From: Polyangiaceae bacterium
GTDB lineage: Bacteria; Myxococcota_A; Polyangia; Polyangiales; Polyangiaceae
Length of the DNA stretch: 64,000 nt
Direction: 5' to 3'
NCBI GenBank assembly: GCA_050287085.1
Contig: JBNKBE010000021.1
Location: 32,001-96,000, forward strand
Shown here: piece by piece, positions 27,794-36,126 of the stretch
Layout of the letters: every line of letters starts with the position of its first letter
Position numbering within the stretch: position 1 is the first letter of the stretch
Made by a program: the position numbers and the translations under genes
The notes under the pieces: generated by a model
Seen by the model: only the letters and a program-made list of their open reading frames with translations
Told to the model about the DNA's origin: nothing
The model's database searches: none

Positions 27794-28404
27794 CGGCTGA
27801 TGCAAGCAACGGGGTAGGACGAGGTGTGGCCCCTGGTCACTCAGAGCCAGAGGTGCGAGCCAGCGATGCCCAACGCGAGGAGTGGGCCATGCTCTTGGCG
27901 CGCCGCGTTGAGAGTGAGCTCAGAGACGTCGTAATCCCCGCCGCCGAAGCGGGCGCGGAGGGCGAGGGCCACAGCGCCGGCAGAATGACACCGGTTCGCG
28001 GATCGCTTGACGGTGTGGTGTCGGTCGCCTCCGGGACGGAGACTGGTGCTCAAGAACCCGCGCCTCTAAATCGCGTCTGGGGCGAACTTGAACTTCAGGG
28101 TATGGGTCGCATTCGCTTTGCCGTGGCGCGAGAAAACGGGAATATTTCCGTAGTCTTAGGGGTGGAAAATCTGCAGCAGAGGGCCCTCGTGGAACTGGAG
28201 AAGGGGACTCTTCTGCAGCGCCTCGAGCAAAGTGGCCTAAAGGTTGCTTCTGTGACTGTGACCAGCCCGGAAGCGGCTGGCACCGCGCTTGCTCAACCTC
28301 GGAAGGCAATCCAGCGTCACGGAGCCGATGGGCTCATCAACGCTTACCAACGGCGCAGCAAGCAGGACGAAGAGCAAGAATCTGAGCTTTCGCTCATTGG
28401 TTGA
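27790..28404 (+). CDS. fliK: Short hook-length control protein, FliK-like
   Basis: C-terminal LELQGMGRIRFAV...LLQRLEQSGLKVASVTV resembles the FliK C-terminal domain; lies between fliJ and flgD. Confidence 0.6.
   Translation: MTADASNGVGRGVAPGHSEPEVRASDAQREEWAMLLARRVESELRDVVIPAAEAGAEGEGHSAGRMTPVRGSLDGVVSVASGTETGAQEPAPLNRVWGELELQGMGRIRFAVARENGNISVVLGVENLQQRALVELEKGTLLQRLEQSGLKVASVTVTSPEAAGTALAQPRKAIQRHGADGLINAYQRRSKQDEEQESELSLIG
28278..28293 (+). promoter_or_regulatory. Internal sigma54 promoter for flgD-flgE
   Basis: TGGCACCGCGCTTGCT, full consensus inside the fliK-like gene. Confidence 0.7.
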
Positions 28405-28414
28405 TGGAGCAGTT

Positions 28415-29104
28415 ATGGTAGCAGCAATTGGCGCTTCACAGAGTCTAGGGGCGGGCAGTCTAGCCGACGCGCTCGGTGGCGATGAGTCGCTCGACAAGCA
28501 GGCGTTCTTGAAGCTGCTCGTCGCTCAACTGCAGTATCAAGACCCCCTTGAACCACAAGAGAACTCTGAGTTCGTTGCGCAACTTGCGCAGTTTACCTCG
28601 CTCGAGCAGACCGTTGGCATCAACGACCGCTTGGATATGCTCGCAATTCAGAGTCAAGGCCTGGCCAATACGGAGGTCGTCAATCTCGTCGGAAAGGCTG
28701 CTACCGTGCGAGGTCAGATTGCGACGCTTTCGGAGACGGGCGAGCCGGTCCCATTGCGATTCTCGCTGGGCGGGCCAGCTGAGAAGGTGAATATCACTGT
28801 TCGGGATGAGTCTGGACGCGTGGTCCGGAACCTCGAGCTGGGTCCCCACAAGGTTGGACTCGTAACCAATGCCATCTGGGATGGCAAGAACGACGCCGGT
28901 GTGCTGCAGCCGGCGGGGCGCTATACGATTGGCGTTAGTGCTGAAGCTGCAGGCGAGGTGCCGGTTTCGGTGACGCAAGAGGTCACCGGAATCGTCCAAT
29001 CGGTTTCGTATACTCGGGGCTTCCCCGAGCTGACATTGGATAACGGGCTAGCCGTTCCGGTTGCTGACCTGCTCAAGGTCGAATCTTCCCCCACCACTAA
29101 ATAA
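28415..29104 (+). CDS. flgD: Hook capping protein FlgD
   Basis: FLKLLVAQLQYQDPLEP, QLAQFTSLEQ, WDGKND; ATG at 28415 with SD GGAG. Confidence 0.95.
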   Translation: MVAAIGASQSLGAGSLADALGGDESLDKQAFLKLLVAQLQYQDPLEPQENSEFVAQLAQFTSLEQTVGINDRLDMLAIQSQGLANTEVVNLVGKAATVRGQIATLSETGEPVPLRFSLGGPAEKVNITVRDESGRVVRNLELGPHKVGLVTNAIWDGKNDAGVLQPAGRYTIGVSAEAAGEVPVSVTQEVTGIVQSVSYTRGFPELTLDNGLAVPVADLLKVESSPTTK

Positions 29105-29125
29105 GGATCGAGTCAGGAGGACTCT

Positions 29126-30424
29126 ATGGTTTTGCGTGCAATGTTTTCAGGTGTGTCAGGCCTTCGTGCTGAAGGTGAGGCACTAGGCGTCGTCGGTGAC
29201 AACATCGCCAACGTCAACACTGTTGGATACAAAAGGCAACGGGCGATCTTTCAGGATGTGTTGGGGCACTCCATCTTAGCGGGGACAGCGTCAGCGCTGC
29301 CTGGAGCAGGAACCCGCGTGGGGGACATTCAGCAGATGTTTACCCAGGGGTCACTGGCTAACACTGGTGTTTCAACCGATATCGCTCTCAACGGAGATGG
29401 ATTTTTTGTCGTAAACGGTACTGTCGACGGGATCTCTGGCAATTTCTATACACGTGCCGGTCAGATGACGATCGACAAGGACGGATACCTAGTCAACCCT
29501 GACTCCTTACAGGTGCAGGGGTATGCACAGAATCCGGACGGTACGCTGCAGGCGGCGGTGTCATCGCTCAGAGTTCCCACGGCGTCGCTTGCTCCGCACG
29601 CGACTGAGGCAATCAGTATCACCGCCAACCTTGATGCAGGAACAGCCGTCAGGACAGACACGTTTGATCTGACGCAACCCACAGCTACTGCCGACTACAG
29701 TACTTCGATCGTCGTGTACGATAGCCTGGGGGATGCTCGTACGCTCGACGTCTACTTCCGCAAGACCGCGGAAAATTCGTGGGACTACCATGTCGTGGCA
29801 GACGGGGCTGAACTGGCAACGGGTACTCCGGCCGGAGAGTTCGAGGAGCTGGTTCAGGGTACGCTCAGCTTCACGACGGACGGTGCGCTCGACACGTCTC
29901 CATTGACGACCATCGTGGCGGACTTTGCCGGAGGGGCGACGCCAGGGCAGGAGATCGTCCTCAACTTTGGCGACGATATTGCCAGCGGCGCAAGCGGCCT
30001 CGCCGGCACCACGCAATTCTCGTCGGCTTCGGCTGTTTCATCGCAAAGCCAAGACGGCTACGCGTCGGGCGAGTTCAGCGGCGTTGCCATCGACGGCCAG
30101 GGCCTTGTTCAGGGCTTGTATACCAACGGGCAGAAGATCGGCATCGGTCAACTTGCGGTCGCGAAATTCCGGTCCAATGATGGCCTAGGAAGGGCCGGGG
30201 CGGGGCTGTGGATCGAAACCCGGGAGAGTGGTACGGCCGCGCTCGGTGGGGCCGGTAGCGGTGGTCGTGCGTCCGTTTCGGCGGGAGCACTGGAGCAATC
30301 CAACGTGGATCTCGCTGAGGAGTTCGTGGGCCTGATTCAGCATCAGCGTTCGTTCTCGGCTAACTCGCGAACAATCACGACCGCCGACGAGATGCTACAG
30401 GAACTCATTAACATCAAGCGGTAG
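29126..30424 (+). CDS. flgE: Hook protein FlgE
   Basis: VGDNIANVNTVGYK, YTRAG, VYDSLG, LEQSNVDLAEEF. Confidence 0.96.
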   Translation: MVLRAMFSGVSGLRAEGEALGVVGDNIANVNTVGYKRQRAIFQDVLGHSILAGTASALPGAGTRVGDIQQMFTQGSLANTGVSTDIALNGDGFFVVNGTVDGISGNFYTRAGQMTIDKDGYLVNPDSLQVQGYAQNPDGTLQAAVSSLRVPTASLAPHATEAISITANLDAGTAVRTDTFDLTQPTATADYSTSIVVYDSLGDARTLDVYFRKTAENSWDYHVVADGAELATGTPAGEFEELVQGTLSFTTDGALDTSPLTTIVADFAGGATPGQEIVLNFGDDIASGASGLAGTTQFSSASAVSSQSQDGYASGEFSGVAIDGQGLVQGLYTNGQKIGIGQLAVAKFRSNDGLGRAGAGLWIETRESGTAALGGAGSGGRASVSAGALEQSNVDLAEEFVGLIQHQRSFSANSRTITTADEMLQELINIKR

Positions 30425-30466
30425 CGTCCGTAGTTAGTCACAGAACCCCAAGTACAAAGGTGTGAA

Positions 30467-30976
30467 GTGGCGACCAACGACGACGCTGCCGAGGCAGCTC
30501 CGGCCCCGAAGAAAAGCAAGCTTGGGCTCATCATCACGATTGTAGTCGGGGTGGTGGTCCTCGTCGGCGGTGTGGCTGCTGGGGCGATGCTCGGCCCGAA
30601 GCTATTGGGCGGGCCGGCCCCGGCGGAAGCGGAAGCGACCGCAGCACCGGCGGAGCCGGCTGTCCCCGAGAAGGTCGTTACCGCGACGTTCGACCCCATC
30701 GTGATCGATATCGGGGGTCGCAACAGTATCCGCCATCATCTCAAGGTTGGCCTTTCCGCCGAGCTTAGGGACGGAATCACTGAGGACGACTTTCGACTCG
30801 TTGCACCGCGAGGTCGCGAGGCGGCCTTGACCTATCTCCGCACACTCGACTTCGAGACGGTTACAGATCCCAAGAAGTATCAATCTATCCGCAAGAGTCT
30901 CTCAAAGCGTATCAAGAAGGCCGTTGGCGAAGACAAGGTGCATCGAATCCTGCTGGTCGACTTTGTTGCTCAGTGA
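30467..30976 (+). CDS. fliL: Basal body-associated protein FliL
   Basis: N-terminal TM after KKSK, FDPIVIDI, C-terminal LLVDFVAQ. Confidence 0.85.
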   Translation: MATNDDAAEAAPAPKKSKLGLIITIVVGVVVLVGGVAAGAMLGPKLLGGPAPAEAEATAAPAEPAVPEKVVTATFDPIVIDIGGRNSIRHHLKVGLSAELRDGITEDDFRLVAPRGREAALTYLRTLDFETVTDPKKYQSIRKSLSKRIKKAVGEDKVHRILLVDFVAQ

Positions 30977-31081
30977 CAGCGAGACCCCTGGAGGACGCGG
31001 CCACTCCACGTAGAGGGGGGCGCGTTGTGCTCATAACAGGACTGCGCTCAGGACGAGTTTCGGTTTCGTTGGACGCCAAGG

Positions 31082-31972
31082 ATGGCAAAGTATCAAGAGT
31101 CTCAGATCCGCAAGCTCGACCTGACCGGTCCGGAGCGCCGCCTCGGCAGTGCCGTACGCGCCCTCGGTCGAATCTCGGAGAGTTTTGCCAAAGCCGCGAA
31201 ACGGTCGCTACCTTTCCTGGGGCGTCAAAAGCGACGATTGCTTGCTGGGGATGTTACCCTGGGAGCGGCGCTCCGCCGGGAAGACGATTCGCCAGGGCCG
31301 ACTTTCCGTGTCCTGCTCGAGTCGCAGGAAGCAAACTCCTGGGCGATGGTGCGTCTAGACACCGGCGCGCTTGCGGTGGTGTTGGACGGTGCACTCGGCT
31401 CCACTCAGCTCGAAGCAGCGCTTCCGCTTGAAGAACTGTTCGGCAAGGAGCTTTCGTCCGCGCAGCGCGCGTTGATTGGTCGGGTGGCACAGTCCGTAGC
31501 CGAGGACTTTGCGGCGGCCGTCAAGCATGCGTGCGCCATGTCCTTGACGGTATCGAGCGCTGAGGCGCTGCGAGCGGGCGAGGTGCTAGACCTGCCCAAG
31601 GATGCGATCTGCGCAAGCTGTACGTTTGAAGGCGGAACCATCCCGGCCCACGTGGAGCTCTACATCGGAGCTGAAGCCCTCGAAGCGGCTGTTCACGACA
31701 ACGAAACCGTGGAGCTCAGCGCTGGCGATCCGCGCATGGCCCTGGCGATCCGCGGGGTGACGGTGCCCGTTGTAGCGGAACTTGGGCGCTTGGATCTGTC
31801 CCTTGCACGCGTGTTGTCGCTCAACGTTGGAGAAACCCTTAGGTTGGAGTCAGCCGTCGATGAGCCAGTTACGCTGCGGGTTTCCGGAGTTGCCAAGTTT
31901 GATGTCGTACCCGTCGTTTCGCGGGGCCAGTTGGCGGTGCAGATAAAGGATCGGCTGAGAGGTGACCCATGA
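31082..31972 (+). CDS. fliM: FliM-like C-ring protein lacking the N-terminal CheY-binding peptide
   Basis: C-terminal SpoA domain VVAELGRLDLSL..VLSLNVGETLRL; middle region ELSSAQRALI; between fliL and fliN. Confidence 0.75.
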   Translation: MAKYQESQIRKLDLTGPERRLGSAVRALGRISESFAKAAKRSLPFLGRQKRRLLAGDVTLGAALRREDDSPGPTFRVLLESQEANSWAMVRLDTGALAVVLDGALGSTQLEAALPLEELFGKELSSAQRALIGRVAQSVAEDFAAAVKHACAMSLTVSSAEALRAGEVLDLPKDAICASCTFEGGTIPAHVELYIGAEALEAAVHDNETVELSAGDPRMALAIRGVTVPVVAELGRLDLSLARVLSLNVGETLRLESAVDEPVTLRVSGVAKFDVVPVVSRGQLAVQIKDRLRGDP

Positions 31973-32343
31973 GTGAGGAAGAGCAAGAAGCACAAGGGAC
32001 TGAAACAAGAGGTTTGGACTCCGGCTTCGAGGCAGCTGAGCTCGCTCCTGCGCCCCTTGTGTTCAAGGAAGGCGATAGCCTCGGCTTTGTGATGGACGTT
32101 CCGGTGCGTCTCACGGTCGAGATTGGCCGGAAGGCGATGCGCATTGGGGAGCTATTGAAGTTGGGCCCGGGGGCGATTCTTGAGCTCAACAAGGCCAATG
32201 GAGATCCCCTGGAGGTTTACGCCAATGACCGCTTGGTGGCACGCGGGGAGGCGGTTGTGGTGGGCGAACGATACGGGGTGCGGCTGACCGAGGTCTTGGT
32301 CAACGAAGAGGCTCAGCGAGACGAAATCGAGGAATTGATATGA
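31969..32343 (+). CDS. fliN: Motor switch protein FliN
   Basis: DVPVRLTVEIGR, ARGEAVVVGERYGVRLTE. Confidence 0.95.
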   Translation: MSEEEQEAQGTETRGLDSGFEAAELAPAPLVFKEGDSLGFVMDVPVRLTVEIGRKAMRIGELLKLGPGAILELNKANGDPLEVYANDRLVARGEAVVVGERYGVRLTEVLVNEEAQRDEIEELI

Positions 32344-33023
32344 AGGGGATGGCATCCTGGTGGATCGCTGTTGCACTGCTCGTTGTTGCGCCGGCTCGCG
32401 CGCAGCTACTCGAGGAACTGCCGGTAGAAGGTGAAGAGCCAACGCTGAAGTCAGAGGTGGCTCAGCCGAGCGCGCCTCCAGCGGCCAAGCGAGATTGGCT
32501 TCGCGCTGACCGTCCCGAAGCTGCGGCGGCGCCGGAGAGCGAAGCCGGGGCATTGGGCTGGGCGCCCGCAGTGGCGTTTGTGTTGCTTTCCGCGCTAGCG
32601 GGGGGGGCGGCTTTCCTACGTTTTGGGCGCCGCGAGCGGGTTGGCAGCGAGCGTCCAACGGCGCTCTCGGTCACAGCGCAGACCCGCGTTGGCCCCAAGG
32701 CGTCGGTGGCTCTACTCCGGGTTGGGGGGCGCACGCTATTGCTTGGCGTGACCGAGCACGCTGTCTCAGCGCTTGGGTGGATGGACTCTGCGCCAGCTCA
32801 GAGCGCTGCAGCGGACACGAACGCTGACGACGAAGAGGCGATGCTTGCGCCGGGTGACGGTCGTTTCACGCACCTGCTCAGTTCCGCGCTACGCAGGAAT
32901 CCGGCTGAGGCGGCTGATCCGGCGACGCTGCTCGCCAGTCGTACGGAGGACATCGTAGGAGCGCGTGGGGCTACCCCTCGCGTCGAGGCGCAGGTCGCTG
33001 GACTGACGCGCAGGAGGCGCTAG
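32340..33023 (+). CDS. fliO: Flagellar biogenesis protein FliO
   Basis: TM segment followed by VGPKASVALLRVGGRTLLLGVT. Confidence 0.85.
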   Translation: MKGMASWWIAVALLVVAPARAQLLEELPVEGEEPTLKSEVAQPSAPPAAKRDWLRADRPEAAAAPESEAGALGWAPAVAFVLLSALAGGAAFLRFGRRERVGSERPTALSVTAQTRVGPKASVALLRVGGRTLLLGVTEHAVSALGWMDSAPAQSAAADTNADDEEAMLAPGDGRFTHLLSSALRRNPAEAADPATLLASRTEDIVGARGATPRVEAQVAGLTRRRR

Positions 33024-33026
33024 CTC

Positions 33027-33689
33027 GTGCTCGAGACGACAACGCAGCTGCTGGAAGGGCAGAGTCTTGCCAATTCGCTCAAGATTCTACTCGTTCTCAC
33101 GCTGTTGTCGCTGCTTCCGGCGATCGTGTTGACGATGACCTCGTTCGTCCGGACCGTGGTGGTGCTTTCGTTCTTGCGTCAGGGTGTGGGTTCGCCCCAG
33201 ACGCCTCCGACTCAAGTCGTGGTTGGGTTGGCTCTGTTCCTAACGCTGTTCGTCATGTCGCCCGTGCTCGATCGCATGAATGAGGCTGGGCTCAAGCCGT
33301 ATCTGGCCGGTGATGTCACCGAGATGGTCGCGATGGAGCGCGCGATGGTGCCGCTCCGGGAGTTCATGCTGAGCCAGACGCGTCAGAGCGACCTTCTGCT
33401 GTTCTACTCTGCAACCGACGCTGAGCTGCCCGCGTCGCCGGAGGACGTCTCATTCCGTCTGGCGCTTCCAGCTTTTGTGGTGTCGGAACTGACAACGGCT
33501 TTTCAGATGGGCGTGATCGTCCTGCTCCCATTTTTGGTCGTGGATCTGGCTGTGGCATCGCTGCTGATGAGCATGGGTATGATGATGGTGCCCCCAACGA
33601 CTTTGAGCTTGCCGATCAAGCTCTTGCTCTTCGTGTTGGTGGACGGTTGGCACCTCGTGTGCGGGTCGCTACTCAAGAGCTACGCATGA
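33027..33689 (+). CDS. fliP: Export gate FliP
   Basis: MTSFVR, QTPP, PAFVVSEL, MGMMMVPP, LPIKLLLFVLVDGW. Confidence 0.96.
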   Translation: MLETTTQLLEGQSLANSLKILLVLTLLSLLPAIVLTMTSFVRTVVVLSFLRQGVGSPQTPPTQVVVGLALFLTLFVMSPVLDRMNEAGLKPYLAGDVTEMVAMERAMVPLREFMLSQTRQSDLLLFYSATDAELPASPEDVSFRLALPAFVVSELTTAFQMGVIVLLPFLVVDLAVASLLMSMGMMMVPPTTLSLPIKLLLFVLVDGWHLVCGSLLKSYA

Positions 33690-33698
33690 GGAAATGCG

Positions 33699-33968
33699 AT
33701 GACAACTGATGGTGCAATAGAGTTGTTGCTTGGGGTGATTGTCGCGTGGCTCAAGATGGCTGGCCCGATGCTGATCGCCGCGCTCCTGGTGGGCGTCTTG
33801 GTGGGCGTCTTGCAGGCCGCCACGCAGATCAACGAGGCGAGCATTAGCTTTCTGACCAAGCTATTTGCCGTTGGATTGGTCATCGTCGCGCTGGGTTCAT
33901 GGTCGGCACGCCAGTTGGTGGAGTACACGACGCGCACGATCAGCTCGATTTCGAACGTGGTGCAGTGA
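33699..33968 (+). CDS. fliQ: Export gate FliQ
   Basis: LQAATQINEASISFLTK. Confidence 0.93.
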   Translation: MTTDGAIELLLGVIVAWLKMAGPMLIAALLVGVLVGVLQAATQINEASISFLTKLFAVGLVIVALGSWSARQLVEYTTRTISSISNVVQ

Positions 33969-34736
33969 ATGTCCGAGCTACTCGCCGAGCTCAGCCGATA
34001 TCTGTTGGAGGTGACGCGCCTGAGCGGCGTGTTGGTGGTCGGAACGGCTCCTTTTGAGGGGGCGCCGAGGCAGGCGAAAGTGGGGCTTGTGTTGTTGCTT
34101 GGACTTGTGGCCCACGGCAGTGGCTCCGGCGGCCTAGCACCTATTCACCCCTTGGGCATCGTACCGCTGCTGGTTTCCGAGTTTCTGATAGGGGTCTTGA
34201 TGGGGCTTGTCGTTCGCATGGCGGTAGCCGTGGCTGAGGTAGCGGGCACCACCTTGGCCCCGATGATCGGCTTTGGCGCAGCTCAAGTGTTCGACCCAGG
34301 CACGGGGCAACAAGACTCGGTCCTGACGCGTGTGTACCGACTGTTTGCGGGGTTGGTCGCGGTCTCGGTGGGGTTGCATCGGGTGTTACTCGCGGCGGTG
34401 CTGGAGGGATTCGAGCGCTTGCCGGTGGGGGCCGCCTCACACCTAGAAGCGTCTGCCCAGGGGTTGCTGATCCTCAGCAGCGGTGTGATTTCGGGAGGGT
34501 TGTTGCTGGCTCTACCGGCGCTAGCCGCCCTGCTGATGGTGCAACTAGCCCTCGCCTTTGTCGCCCGCGCGGCGCCCGCGATGCAGATCTTCAACATTGG
34601 CTTCACTATCTTCTTGGGCACGGGCGGTGTCTTGCTGTGGCTAACGCTCCCGGATACGGGGCGCGCGTTGGCTCGCCAGTTCTCTCATGTGGGCGCGCAG
34701 TTGGAAGCTGTCCTTCTGGCGGTGGTACAAGGCTAA
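33969..34736 (+). CDS. fliR: Export gate FliR
   Basis: EFLIG, GFGAAQVFDP, ARAAPAMQIFNIGF. Confidence 0.93.
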   Translation: MSELLAELSRYLLEVTRLSGVLVVGTAPFEGAPRQAKVGLVLLLGLVAHGSGSGGLAPIHPLGIVPLLVSEFLIGVLMGLVVRMAVAVAEVAGTTLAPMIGFGAAQVFDPGTGQQDSVLTRVYRLFAGLVAVSVGLHRVLLAAVLEGFERLPVGAASHLEASAQGLLILSSGVISGGLLLALPALAALLMVQLALAFVARAAPAMQIFNIGFTIFLGTGGVLLWLTLPDTGRALARQFSHVGAQLEAVLLAVVQG

Positions 34737-34827
34737 GGCACAGCGATGAGCCGGCCCGCCACGGCAAGAGGAGCGGCCGGCGTAGTATGACTTTCCCTCC
34801 GCGGGCCCCTAGTCCCTCGGTGCTCAG

Positions 34828-35889
34828 ATGGCAGACGACCAAGAGAAGACAGAGGAGGCGACCCCAGAGCGTCGCAAGAAGGCACGGGACGAAGGGCAGT
34901 TTCCTCGAGGCAAGGATGCGGGCAATACCGCCGGCTCGATCATGGTCCTGCTGACTGTCGTGGCGTTCGGAGATTTCTTCAGGGCCGAGATTGGAAGCTT
35001 TGCCTGGCTCTGCTTTCACGAATCAGACTTTCTGATCCGAGGCAATATCTCGGACTTGCTAGGGCACCTGGTGCGCGTGCTCTTCTTCGTCATCGCTCCG
35101 CTGTCGCTTGCCGCCGCGCTTGGAGCCTTTGCGGTGGGTGTCGCGGAAGCCGGGTTCCACCCAAACATGGACCTCATTGCTCCCAAGTGGAGCCGCTTGG
35201 ACCCGCTCTCCAAACTCAAGCAGATGTTCTCGCCGCAGCAAGCGACGGTCAATGTGGCACTCCAGTTGGGACGGGTGGTTGCCGTCGCCGCAGTCGCTTG
35301 GTTTTCCGTGGCTGGCTCGCTGCCCGAGCTACTGAGTCTCTCCCGGACCGGCATCCGCGGCGCTGCCTTGCAGCTGGCCACAAGTCTACTCAAGTTGGCT
35401 CTCTGGGCATCGCTTGCGCTTGTCGTCTTGGTCGCAGTCGACTTCCTATACAACCGTTTCAAGCACGAAAAGCAGATTCGGATGAGCAAGCAGGAGGTCA
35501 AAGACGAGTACAAGAATCAGGAGGGCGATCCCAGGGTGAAGGCGCGCCAGCGCGCGAAGGCACGCGAGATGGCCAAGCGAAGCATTCTCCAGGCGGTTCA
35601 GTCTGCGGACTTCGTGATCGCCAACCCGACTCACGTGTCGGTGGCCATCCGCTATCGTCCGGAAGAAGGCGCGCCGGTCGTTGTGGCCAAGGGGTTCGAC
35701 CAAGTCGCACTGCACATTCGACAACTGGCGGAGCGTTTCGAGGTTCCGGTGATCGAGAACGTGCCCTTGGCGCGCGCGCTCGCCCGCCAAGTCAAAGTGG
35801 GGCGTCAGATCCCTGTCGATCTCTACGCGGCGGTCGCCGAGGTATTGGCGCTCGTCTATCGACTGAAGAATCGTTCGCTCATGGCATAG
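34828..35889 (+). CDS. flhB: Export switch protein FlhB
   Basis: KTEEATPERRKKARDEG, EGDP, NPTH autocleavage site. Confidence 0.96.
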   Translation: MADDQEKTEEATPERRKKARDEGQFPRGKDAGNTAGSIMVLLTVVAFGDFFRAEIGSFAWLCFHESDFLIRGNISDLLGHLVRVLFFVIAPLSLAAALGAFAVGVAEAGFHPNMDLIAPKWSRLDPLSKLKQMFSPQQATVNVALQLGRVVAVAAVAWFSVAGSLPELLSLSRTGIRGAALQLATSLLKLALWASLALVVLVAVDFLYNRFKHEKQIRMSKQEVKDEYKNQEGDPRVKARQRAKAREMAKRSILQAVQSADFVIANPTHVSVAIRYRPEEGAPVVVAKGFDQVALHIRQLAERFEVPVIENVPLARALARQVKVGRQIPVDLYAAVAEVLALVYRLKNRSLMA

Positions 35890-36023
35890 GACAAGGCTTC
35901 GTATCGGGCCGGGGCGACCGGGTCGCTGCGGAACGGTCCTTCGTCGCGATGCGGAACTTCTGCTCGTTTCGAGGCGCGCGAAAACGGGCCACGCCGGGGG
36001 AGATCGGGGCCCGCTTCTCAGCG

Positions 36024-36039
36024 TGGCACGGTTGGTGCT
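36024..36039 (+). promoter_or_regulatory. sigma54 promoter of flhA-flhF-fliA-flgF
   Basis: TGGCACGGTTGGTGCT. Confidence 0.7.
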
Positions 36040-36126
36040 TCTTCATTGCCCGAGCTGGGCGGACCCGCGTGAGCCAACCTCAAAGCGTTGTCGCTCGCAG
36101 CTCGAGCTAGGAAGAACGGAGCCGTA

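Noticed and set aside
31015..31036. Possible sigma54 promoter or missed CheY-binding N-terminus upstream of fliM
   Set aside because: The GG-N10-GC match relies on a G-run without TGGC; the in-frame stretch has a stop and no start codon, and AQDEF is too weak a match to LSQxEID
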